Notes under the pieces: model-generated
Databases searched by the model: none
Told to the model about the DNA's origin: nothing
Seen by the model: only the letters and a program-made list of their open reading frames with translations
Assembly: GCF_001194135.2 (NCBI RefSeq)
Contig: NC_068992.1
Coordinates: 50,095,248-50,142,621, forward strand
Length of the DNA stretch: 47,374 bases
DNA from: Octopus bimaculoides
Taxonomy: Eukaryota
Direction: 5' to 3'
Translations under genes and position numbers: made by a program
Shown here: positions 33,928-44,765 of the stretch, piece after piece
Position numbering within the stretch: the first letter of the stretch is position 1
Layout of the letters: the number at the start of each line of letters is the position of its first letter

Positions 33928-33944
33928 AAAAGGTATCAGGAAGG

Positions 33945-35050
33945 TGGTGGTGGTGGTGGTGGTGGTAGTGGTGGCAGAGTACAGGTCTCACAGATGAAGA
34001 ACAGGTGGAGTGGTGGGTGGTGGTGGTGGTAGAGGTGGTGGCATTGGTGTACTGCTCACAGTTGGTGGCAATGGTGGTGGTGGTGGTGTTAGAAATGTAC
34101 AAGTCTTAGTGATGAAGAACAAGTGGAGTGGTGGTGGTGGTGGTGGTGATAGTAGTGTAAACGATGGTGGTGGTGGTGGTAGTAGTGTACAAGTCTCTCT
34201 GCTGAAGACTAGATGAAGTGGTGGTGAAGGCCATAGTGTACGGGTCTCTGAAGGCCATAGTGGCAGTGGCGGTGGTGACAGCATACACGTTATAGTGACA
34301 TCTTGCTCTCTTTCTCTCTCTCTCACCACCATCACTATCACCGACACCAGCAGTTACTTCACTGCAGTTAGCAGCAACACCATCACAATCATCATCATCA
34401 TCATCATCATCAATGTATCACTACAGCAACCATTCACTGCTATTGCCAACCAATGTCTGCACAACCCAGGAAGGGAGCTTCTATATGGTCACTGGACATG
34501 CTAAAAATAGCAGCCAAATAATCTCCTTCAAATTGCACTCAGTCATCTTTGCAAAATCCTACATGTGGTTTCTGGGTTTTTCACTCAAAGGAAAAAAGAT
34601 GGGTTGACTATGGCTGGAGTGGCTTTGATCATAGGCCTGCTCAATCAAGGCTGACCCGGGGCTACGCAACAACAGCAACCTATGCATGTGTTATCACTGT
34701 TATCATCATTATCATCACTACCACAACGTTCACCACAACCACCACCACTGCTAACATCACTACTACCACCAGCACCACTACAACCATCTCCATCTCCAGC
34801 ACCACCACAACTATGAGCATCTCAATTACAACCACTAGCACCAAACAGCATCATCTCCATCACAAACACTATCACAACCATTACCGTCATCATCTCAACA
34901 AGCACTATACCACCACTGTCTACCACGTTTGGCATCGCTATCATAATCCCCACCACTAACCTTCTCACGATTGCCATCACCATCATCATAATTATCACCA
35001 CCATGACGACAACAACTATCTTCATCACAATCATCCTCACACCGACCACG
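33945..35050. repeat. (GGT)n-rich tract followed by complementary (ACC/CAT)n-rich tracts
   Basis: G-rich at 33945-34290, then (CT)n, then C-rich at 34320-34430 and 34690-35050. Confidence 0.88.
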
Positions 35051-35303
35051 ACCATCTCTATTAAAACTTATCAGTATGCAATGCTGCAGACACTTGTGCA
35101 ATCTGTTCCGGAGCAGTTGTTTGACCAACCCCATACCCAGATAATTCCAGACACACATCTGACCTCAGAACCCCAACCAGCCTCACCATATAGTGAAGCA
35201 GTATCAAAATAAATTTAGCAACATTTTGCACCAACCTAAACCGCTGCATTTCAGAGTAGCTTTTATAAGACATTACATTGAACTAAACATTATGGTACTT
35301 AGT

Positions 35304-35645
35304 GTGGAGGTGCAATGGCCCAGTGGTTAGGGCAGTGGAGTCGCGGCTTTGATTCCCAGATCGGGCGTTGTGAGTGTTTATTGAGCGAAAACACCTAAAG
35401 CTCCACGAGGCTCCGGCAGGGGATGGTGGCGAACCCTACTGTACTCCTCCACCACAACTTTCTCTCACTCTTTCGTCCTGTTTCTGTTGTGCCTGTAATT
35501 CAAAGGGCCAGCCTGGTCACACTGTGTCATGCTGAATATCCCCGAGAACTACGTTAAGGGCACACGTGTCTGTGGAGTGCTCAGCCACTTGCACGTTAAT
35601 TTCATGAGCAGGCTGTTCCGTTGATCGGATCAACTGGAACCCTCC
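35304..35645 (+). mobile_element. tRNA-derived SINE family D, long form
   Basis: Same head and body as 2734 and 9857, continuing into the tail aagggccagcc...gagaactacgttaaggg...gatcggatcaactggaaccctc. Confidence 0.92.
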
Positions 35646-35679
35646 AAGTGATGATGATGTTAAAATTTGGTATATGTAT

Positions 35680-35905
35680 AGACAACAGGGTTCTTTCAGT
35701 TTCTGTCAGCCAAATCTATTCACAAGGCTTTGATTGGCCCAGGGCTATAGGAGAAGACATTTGCCCAAGGTACCAAATCCAACACAAGGATTTGGTCAGC
35801 CTTGGGCTATGGTAGAAGATACTTGCCCAAGGTGCCATGCAATGGGATTGAACTCAGAATTGTGCAATTCGGAAATAAACACTTCTTACCACATAACCAT
35901 GCCTG
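35680..35905 (-). mobile_element. SINE family B with an internal duplication of about 62 bp
   Basis: caaatc...cacaagg.ttt...gggctat...agaaga.a.ttgcccaaggt.cca occurs twice in tandem. Confidence 0.8.
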
Positions 35906-37222
35906 TACCTATTTAATTTAACCAAACAAAAAAAAAAAAAAAAAAAAAAAAAAAAGAAAAGAGGATCTACCACTACAATATAAACCAGGTTTTAGAAACC
36001 ATGTAGCTAAGGAGCCAAAAAGACGACAATGAGGTAGTACATTACCACAAGGTCACTTTTAGATATCTAACCAGTAGCTGTCACTCAAAACTTACAAATT
36101 ATGGTACCTCCCTAGCTCTCTCTCTCTCTCTCCTTTCCCCATGCTACGAATTAATCTCTCATAAATCTGACAGCTTCATATTTCAAGAAAGAGAGTGAAT
36201 AAAATGCAGTTGAAGATAAAGAAATCAGGCAAGCCTCTTCAATGATAATACTGCATGGCTGTCTGTCTGTCTGTCTGTCAGTCAGTCAGTCTCTCTCTCT
36301 CTCTCTTTCTCTCTCCTGGTTCAGCTTCTGTACAGAAAACATCAAGGTTATTGTATTTTTTTCCCCCCCTTTTGTTTTTCATTGAGCTGGCAGACAAATG
36401 TCACATGAACTAATGAATTAAAATGTGGTTTGAATTATGAGGTAGTTTTTATAAACTGTTTCGCCAGGATAAATGGGGGCGGTGGAAGTAAGTGAAACAA
36501 AATGAAAAAAAAAACACCCTAGAAAAACAAAAACCCGTACACTATTTTTTTTTTTTTTATCTACTGGAATATCAGAGAATAGAATCTTGAGATATTGCAG
36601 AGTTAGAGAGGGTGTACGACAGAAGATAGTGCAGAGTGGCATAGTTATGTGGAGTGTATATCATGATGTGTACGTATCTTTCGACTGTATCTGAGATATA
36701 TCACAGTGTCCTAGATTATGATCATTTGTTTTGGTTTTTTTTTATATATTTTAGCCAAGAAGAAAGGCAGTACCCATGACCTATTACAGGACCTCAGAGA
36801 TTAGAGGGAGGGAAGGAGAGAGGTATCCTCAAACCAAAAACTTGACCTGAATGTCTGCAACAGTTCTTGTATGGTCTTGAATGTTTGCAAACAGTTCTTG
36901 TATGCTAGAAACTGTCACCAAATCTCCCTCGATGCACATTCTATTGTCTTGAAAACAACATATTGAGTAATGTAGCTTAGTGTTTGGCACACAAAGCAAA
37001 AAGAAAAAAAGACAGGATGGTCATGGTTAGAATAACTTTGATTACAGGTCTGCTGGACCAGGGTTGACTCATGGCTCAACAACAAAAACAGTGTGCTAAT
37101 AATTCTGTCAGCTTGCCATCAACTGGAACCCTCGACGTTGTAAGCGATGGAGTGCCAACAACTGCATTTTGTGCACTACAAAATATAGTAAACCATTCAC
37201 TAAGATGTTCTACTGGAGGTGC

Positions 37223-37830
37223 AGTGTAAGCATCGTGAGAGAAAAATTGGGTATCAGATATAGTGTGCAAGAAAGAAGATGGCACTGGTATGGTCATGTG
37301 ATGTGTATGGATGAGGACAGCTGCATAAAGAAGTGCTGATCTCTAACTGTGGAAGGAACCTGTGGAAGAGGTAGACACAGTAAGACGTGGGATGAGGTGG
37401 TGAAGTAGGAACTTCGGATGTGGAGTCTCATGAAGGTGATGACAAGTGACTGAGATCTTGACAATTTGCTGTGCTTGAGAAGACACACAAATCTAAGTGA
37501 GATTGTAGATGTGGTTAGTGCTAGTGACACATGAAAGGTACCTATGTCAGTGAGATGTAAAAAGCACCCATGCTGGTGGCAAGGCACCCTTGCATGTAAC
37601 GTGTAAAAAGCACCCATGCTGGTGGCATGTGAAAGGTACCCATGCTTGTGACGTGTAAAAAGCACCCGTGCTGGTGACATACTGTGGAGTGGTTAGCGTG
37701 AGAAAGGGCATCCAGCCATAGGAACCAGATCAAAATAAATGGGAGCCCAGTGCAGCTCTCTGGCTTACCAGCTCCAGTCAAACTGTCTTACCCATGCTAG
37801 CATGGAAACATGCTAAATGATGATGATTTG
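37223..37830 (+). mobile_element. RTE-clade LINE 3' end: decayed ORF C-terminus, repeat-containing 3' UTR and (GAT)n tail
   Basis: Translation SVSIVREKLGIRYSVQERRWHWYGHVMCMDEDSCIKKC*SLTVEGTCGRGRHSKTWDEVVK*ELRMWSLMKVMTSD matches the RTE motif RLRWYGHV...GRGRPRKTW. It is followed by (gtaaaaagcacccatgctggtggca)n and the tail. Confidence 0.9.
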
Positions 37831-38169
37831 CAATGTTGGTTTTTTTACATGATAAATCCATGAAAGTTTGTTAGCTTCCAGCAAGTTTGGCTCTTGTGAA
37901 GAATGCAAAACTGCTGTTGCTTCAGGCTTAGCTGATTCTATGGAGTTCTTAATACACTCTGAACTCATTTACACTCACTAAACACTCCAGGGTTTACCGT
38001 TACCATTGTTACCAACACACACACTCAGTCAGTCGTTTCCTTCAATTCTGGATTTTAATCTTGTTTTTATACGAATGTATGTGCGAGTGTGTGTATGCAT
38101 ACATGTGTATGTGGAATGTGTGGATGTGATATGTGTATGATGTACAGGATATGTGGCACGTGTGCATAA

Positions 38170-38212
<43 letters not shown>

Positions 38213-39049
38213 ATGCGTACATGAGGGTTTGGTATGTGTGTACGTATGAGCATGTATGTGGAGTGAGTGTTTATACAAAACCAGCTAAGAGATGGTTCCA
38301 CACTCTTCAAAACGCTACAACTCCTGAAACAGGATCCCACAACCAGATGCAGTTTTTAAAGTCATACCCAGGACAACACAATGAGTAACAAAACAAATGT
38401 AAAGTACTAGACACATTACTCTGAGTGGAAACACAATGTATACAATGATATCTAATGCCCTTTTGTTTCCATAATTAAAAAATGTCAACCTCAATTTCTT
38501 TTTTTCTTTTTTTTTTGCCAGATTCCACCACTCATTCATTCCCCCCACTCCCTCCACTCTGTAATCAGAAGAAATATTTGACTGAATATGAAGTAAAACG
38601 TTAATTTCTTTTTTATTTTATTTATTTTATTATTTTTTTCTTTGCATGCTTAGTTTATTTTTGGAACATGTTTGGTTAGAATTTGAAAGTATATTTCTAC
38701 AGATAACCAATATAGCCATAAATATACGTTTGTTATGTAAGTATAGATATTTGTATTGTGTTTTGATTGTTCAGTGTAACTAATTATAGTTCCTTCAAAT
38801 AACTAAACAGTATGCCCAACAAATGATATGTTGAATAGAGCAAGGCTACATACTTAATAGTCAATTAACTTAATAAAAGAGCACAATTTTGAAAACCGAA
38901 ATGTAAACAAATAAAAAAGAAATTAAAAAAAACAAAAAACACACACACACAGAAAGAAGACTGAACTGAGAGTTTAAGTTGAAACTGAGATACCAGAGTA
39001 AACACTCACTCAATCAATCAAGCAAACAAAAAAGGTAAAAACAGAAGCA

Positions 39050-39195
39050 TTATATCGATACTTTTTTTTATCGACCCTGGGGTGATGAAAGACAAAGTTA
39101 GTTTCAGTGGGATTGGAACTCAGAATGTAGACAGCCAGGATAAAATACTGCAAAACATTATTCTGACACTAACAAGTTGGTCAGCTCACTGCCTT
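39050..39195 (-). mobile_element. SINE family A
   Basis: tactttttttatcgaccctggggtgatgaaagacaaag...cagctcactgcctt. Confidence 0.8.
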
Positions 39196-39422
39196 AACCC
39201 TTTAGTGTTTGCATTATTCTGCCAAAATTAATGCTTTTTCATCCACATTGTTTTGAACTAATCATGCATTATCTTGTAGCTATGAGATTTTGATGAGGTA
39301 GCTGTTAATTTTTAAAACGATATTGTAGGGTTGGTGTGAGAGACCAGATTTGGCCAGTTTGAACATAAAACAAGCAGAATACTTCTGGCCGGATATGGCC
39401 GGTTTAAATGCTAAAGGGTTAA
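39194..39422 (+). mobile_element. piggyBac-type MITE family 1 with perfect ends
   Basis: TTAAccctttag ... ctaaagggTTAA, i.e. a 12-bp perfect inverted match including the TTAA TSD. Confidence 0.9.
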
Positions 39423-39434
39423 TGATAATATTAA

Positions 39435-39650
39435 TAATAAATCTTTCTGCTATTGGCACCAAACCTGAAATTTTGGGGTAGGGGGCAAGTCGATTATATG
39501 AACCCAAGTACTTCACAGGTACTTATTTTAGTGACCCTCAAAAGGGTAAAAGAAAGTGACCTCAGCAGAATTTGAACTCAGAGTGTAAAGAGCTAGAAGA
39601 AATGCTGCTCAGAATTTTCTCTAATTGCTAATAATTCTGCCAGGAATAAT
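39435..39650 (-). mobile_element. SINE family A
   Basis: aatctttctgctattggcacc...aggtacttatttta...gcagaatttgaactcagag. Confidence 0.78.
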
Positions 39651-39744
39651 GGTAAGATGAAGAAGATGATGCAGAAGACACAAAGGTGTGTGGTGTGTGT
39701 GCAGAATATGGACACTGTGGAACAGAGTACAAATTACAGACAAG

Positions 39745-39900
39745 GTTATGTGGTTAAGAAGCTTGCTTCCCAACCATGCAGCCTTGGGTTCAGTTCCATG
39801 ACACAGCACCTGGGACAAGTGTCTTTTATTATAGCCCCAGAATGACCAAAACCTTGTGAGTGGATTTGGTAAAAGAAAACTGAACAAAGTTCATCTGTAT
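39745..39900 (+). mobile_element. SINE family B
   Basis: tgtggttaagaagcttgcttcccaacc...gcacctgggacaagtgtctt...gagtggatttggta. Confidence 0.82.
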
Positions 39901-39959
39901 ATGTGTGTGTATGTGTGTGTGTCACCATGGCGGTGAAGAATACGGAGATGTTTACTTAT

Positions 39960-40420
39960 AGAGACAATGAGCCAAACTATATGTAGAGGATTTAGGAATG
40001 TTAACGGACACAAAAAAAGATATAAAAGCAATATCAAACATAAACTAAAGAGAAAATAGTGATATCAGATATACAGAAAGATATGAGTGATATTAGATAT
40101 AAAGAGAATGTAGAAGTGATATCATTAGATGTGTCAAAGACTTAAGAGTGATATTATCAATACCTAGAGGAAGTAAAAGTGATATTTCTACATGTGTGGA
40201 AAGAAGACTAAGGTGAGAATAGTTAGTGTAATGTTTTGACAGTGTACAAAGTGTCTTCATGTGGAGTCTTGCATAGAGCAGTTTTAAGACTAGCAAAAGA
40301 AAAGACTTAATAATAGCTGACATCTTGTATATCTATGACAACAGAAATTGTAAACAAAGTGAAGAAAAAGGAACATGTCAACAAGCCTTTGAGATAACTA
40401 GAATAACAAGGAGCTTCTAT
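39960..40420 (+). pseudogene. Highly decayed non-LTR retrotransposon reverse transcriptase fragment
   Basis: LYVEDLGMLTDTKKDIKAI (resembles LYADDL..LAET..DLQ), VKDLRVILSIPRGSKSDIST (resembles KYLGVIL...GS..DI) and ILYIYDNRNCKQSEEK..QQAFEITRITRS (resembles ILLYG.E.W...EEK.LQAFE..R) occur in the expected order. Confidence 0.6.
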
Positions 40421-41049
40421 ATGATTGTCTTGACCTCCCAGAAAAAGCAACAAAATCTCTCTCAAATCACACACCCTATCATTTTAGAAAATTATAGAAA
40501 GGAAAAGAAAGGACATATTGAATGGAGTTGTGGAAAAGATTGGAGGTCCCGGCTTGAATGCTTTTGGCTGCAAGTCTACTCAGTCAGGCTTGGCCTTGGG
40601 CTCAATGACAACTGCTACAAAAAATAATAGTGCATCAACTGCAGAACAACAAGAGAAAAATAAATAATAAAAAAAAAACTAGGGATGTGGGGGAATGAGT
40701 TGATAAAAACATCAAACTGGGAAATGGATTAGATTTGGAGTAGATAATTATTCCTAATTAGCAATGAAATAACTACAACAAATGGATTAATGAGGATTAA
40801 AGAGAGATTAGTTTAGATTATACTGATTGCCCACTCAATAGATCTCGTATATCTTCTGGAATGATTTTCAATGTAAAACTGTAGGAATGTGATGGGTTGA
40901 CAGCTCAGGGATGAATAAAACTGTCACAAGTTCAAACATGCTCTAAGTCAGTAGCTCTGACCGAACAGATCTATGATTAAAATGCATTCCAACCCAAAAG
41001 ACCATCCATGTAGATTTATTGATCTTCGTTTTTGTTTTATAGGGATAAG

Positions 41050-41346
41050 TGTAGGCATGGATGTATGGTTAAGGAGATTGCTTCCAAACTAAGTGGTTTT
41101 GGGTTCAATCCTACAGGGTGCACAATCATGACGTAGTAAGTTCAATTTCTGGACTAGGCTGTGTATTGTGTTCTTGAGCAAGACACTTTATTTCATGTTA
41201 CTCCAGGTCACTCAGCTGTAGAAATGAGTTGCGATGTCACTGGTGCCAAGCTGTATTGGCCTTTGCCTTTCCCTTGGATAACATTGGTGGCATGGAAAGG
41301 CTGAACCTTGATTGGACTTGTACCTTGGAAGGGGAACTTTCTAGGT
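41050..41346 (+). mobile_element. SINE B head fragment fused to a 5'-truncated family E copy
   Basis: B head at 41050-41120; E from cacaatcatg (41121) to actttctaggt. Confidence 0.8.
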
Positions 41347-42410
41347 TGGGAAAGAAGGAAAGACAGGTGTAAAGGAAGGGGGATGAAAGAAGAGGGTCAG
41401 GAAGAAAACAGAAACAAGCCAAAAAAAGCAATAAAGACACACAAATTTCACTAACAAGGCATTGGAACAGCCACTGAAACAGTGTGGGACTGAACCCAAA
41501 ACCATGTGGTTGCCAAGAGAACTTCAACAAATATCTTCCTACATCATTCATCACAAACATCTACCATGGACAACTAACTCCCTACAGACTGAAAACCTCA
41601 ATTTACCAAACATGAAACCATCTTTTCACATTAGCAAATCTTAGACATTTTCTTACAGATTCTCCTAAAACCACCAACATTTGACTTCATATGTGAATAT
41701 CTAAAAAAAAAAAAAAGATGATTGAGGACAGAATCTTGGTGGACATTCTCTGTACATTATAGTCTTCATTAAAATCCCATCATAGCATCAACTTAACACT
41801 CACAGCATGTTTTCCTAAATTCTCAGCTACAAAGCTGTGAGTGTAGATTTATCAAGGACTTTTTCTATATACATAAATACAGGAGTCATTTGTTTTTCAG
41901 TGAGAACTTCTCCCGAAGGCATTTTACAAAAGATCTATGTTTGTACATGTGTGTGAATTGGCATGTACTCTCTAAATGAATTCAGACTACTATGAAAAAT
42001 AGACAAAAGGAAAACAACACCATCATCACCAATAGAACTAATTATACTATTACTATTGAAACTACTAACATCATCATCATCATCATCATCAATATCGTAA
42101 TCAACAAAGAAAAATCACAGACATCAATTACCGAACAACCCCAACATAAAATCATCACACCCTGCTACCAATAAACGACAGCTGAAGAAGATTAAGGAAC
42201 CGAATCTAATGCATACGAGATAATGTTAAACATCAAATACTTTCTTTTACGCAATGTACATAATGCATGGTGATGCAATACAGATGCAACAGAACAAAAC
42301 ATAACATAGATATTGGGGGATTACCAAAAATATCAAAACAGGGTAGTAGCAACATATGACAACAACCACACACACACACATTGTGTGTATACACATACAC
42401 ACAGAGGCAT

Positions 42411-42451
<41 letters not shown>

Positions 42452-43022
42452 CACACCTGGTGGGCTGAAAAGTTAAGTGGACCTTAATGCAATTCGAAGG
42501 GGAGAATCAAGAATAACTTAGAGGAATACATAAAAACAGGCACCCAAAATAGACAACTTGATGTGAATAACCCTTTTAAGGTTAAATGGTGAATGCAAAA
42601 ATTAAAAGAAAATAAAAAAATAAGGGTGTTATGTCACAATGACCTTCATTCACGCATTTTTACATGAAAACCCCAGCAGAGCGGTGCTGTCACAGCTACA
42701 TTTTAGACAGGAGTTCAGTGGTAAAAATAATAAATGCAATATACATATATACATACATACACACACACACACAGACACACACATATATANNNNNNNNNNN
42801 NNNNNNNNNNNNNNNNNNNNNNNNNNNNNNNNNNNNNNNNNNNNNNNNNNNNNNNNNNNNNNNNNNNNNNNNNNNNNNNNNNNNNNNNNNNNNNNNNNNN
42901 NNNNNNNNNNNNNNNNNNNNNNNNNNNNNNNNNNNNNNNNNNNNNNNNNNNNNNNNNNNNNNNNNNNNNNNNNNNNNNNNNNNNNNNNNNNNNNNNNNNN
43001 NNNNNNNNNNNNNNNNNNNNNN

Positions 43023-43087
<65 letters not shown>

Positions 43088-43539
43088 CATATACATATAA
43101 ATACATAGTACTAACTGAGGTACCAGGTTATCCCTGATTATAAAAACAGAACATACACATACATAACAGACACTTATAAACACCTGAGACACACGAGAGT
43201 GAAATTTGAGGGAGATTTGGCTGCAACTACTACTACTACTACTACTACATCGTCGAGAGAGTAAAAGATACTCCAGTGTTGACTCACATATATACTTTAC
43301 ACATATAAATATTTATTTAGATTCACAGATATATAATGGTGGTTTGTGGTTTATGGAAGATTCGGCTGCTATTTCTAGCAGATATCGTAACTAAGTAAAG
43401 GTGCCCCTGTTGGCTCAGAGACACCTATATAATTACATAAGAAAGTAGGGTGAAGTTGCAGCTATTTCTGTCAGATAGAGCCAGAATATATAAAATACAG
43501 CTCGAGATAAAGATTGCAAATTATACATTTTCTTTTACT

Positions 43540-43865
43540 GGTTTTCAGTCATTGGACTGCAGCCATGGTGAGGCACCATTTCAAAGGGTTTAGTAGAACA
43601 AGTCAGTCCCAGTAATTATTTTCAATCTTATGCTTATTCTATCAACCATTTTTTACTAAGCTTCTAAATTACGGGGACATAAACATACTGATACTGTTGT
43701 AAAGCAGTGTTGGTGGCTGGGCGGAGGTGCAAACGATAAGCGTCCACTCAGTTTCTGTCTACCAAATTTACTCATGTGGCATTATTCAGCTCAGGGTTAT
43801 AGAATATATTTGTCCAAAGTGTTGTGTAACGCAACTGAACCTGAAAATTCTTGATTGCACAGTCA
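43540..43865 (-). mobile_element. Bipartite SINE B/C, degenerate
   Basis: tttcagtcattggactgcagccatgg...aaattacggggacataaac...tcagtttctgtctaccaaattt. Confidence 0.75.
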
Positions 43866-44239
43866 TGCCTGCATCTATATATTATGGACTTTCCTGTTGA
43901 AGACAACGTGTGAGCATTCAGCTTTTTGCTAAACAACCTGCATAAATAATTTGTTTATAGTGATCAAATGTTCGTGCCGCACTTTAGCTCACTCTCTCCA
44001 TCAAATCAACATTGAATAGGTGCACTATGTACTATGTGCCTGTGGTCAGATGCCTTTCCTATCACCAACCCTCATTTGTTTCGAAGTTATCTAATATTTT
44101 CCATGGTCAGACACGTTTTTTTGCAGACTATTGGAAATGAAGGACACTGCTTGTATGACAGTGACATTCGTTTACAACTATTACATGATGTCAAGACAAA
44201 GAGACACAAATACACACACACACATATATATGTATGCAC

Positions 44240-44395
44240 ACACTATGGGCTTCCTTAAGTCTCTGTCTAGCAAATTCACTCACAAGACTTTGTTCAGCCC
44301 AGGACTGATCACGTCCCCATGATGTTATGCAGTGAAACTGAACCCACAACCATATGGTTGAGAAGCAAACTTCTTAACCACACAACCAGGCTTGT
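44240..44395 (-). mobile_element. SINE family B
   Basis: atgggcttcctt...caaattcactcacaagac...gttgagaagcaaacttcttaaccacac. Confidence 0.78.
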
Positions 44396-44639
44396 GCCTC
44401 TCATTTAAACTGTATGATATCCAAGCAAGAAAAAATATCCCCTAAAACATGGCTTTAACCTATGTTAAGAGCTAAATGCAATTTATAAAAACCTGGAATG
44501 GAATTAATGGATGTTATTGAAAGGAACATAGTTAACAAATCCAAACACTAATGAGAAAACAGAAACTGTATTGATATCTGCTGGATGAATCGTACCTATG
44601 ATTCAAAGATTCAACCTTGTCACATTATGTCATCCCCAG

Positions 44640-44765
44640 GAAGAATCTCAGGTGATTCTACCAGAGAAGTATGTCCAGAGTACATGTGTCTGCAGAATGT
44701 TCAACCTACTTGTGTGTTAGTTCAATGAACAGGTAACTAATTCAGTCAACTGGATTGAAACCCAA
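44640..44765 (+). mobile_element. Degenerate D-type SINE tail
   Basis: gtacatgtgtctgcagaatgttcaacctacttg aligns with acacgtgtctgtggagtgctcagccacttg at 35560. Confidence 0.5.

Noticed and set aside
2734-35360. tRNA genes at the heads of SINE D and E copies (2734, 9857, 21645, 30842, 35304)
   Set aside because: A and B boxes run into SINE bodies without a complete cloverleaf; these are SINE heads.
36015-36545. let-7-like starts (tgaggtagta at about 36021, tgaggtagtt at about 36438) and miR-100-like aacccgta (about 36532)
   Set aside because: The matches stop after 8-10 nt, there is no precursor-length hairpin (only an 11-bp G-U-rich stem), and no miR-125 sequence is present.
38300-38400. WD40-like peptide on - (GYDFKNCIWLWDPVSG)
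   Set aside because: It is followed immediately by a stop, has no usable splice sites and no other WD repeats.
42455-42480. Mariner-like TIR fragment (ggtgggctgaaaagtt)
   Set aside because: Only one short end is present, with no partner TIR or transposase nearby.
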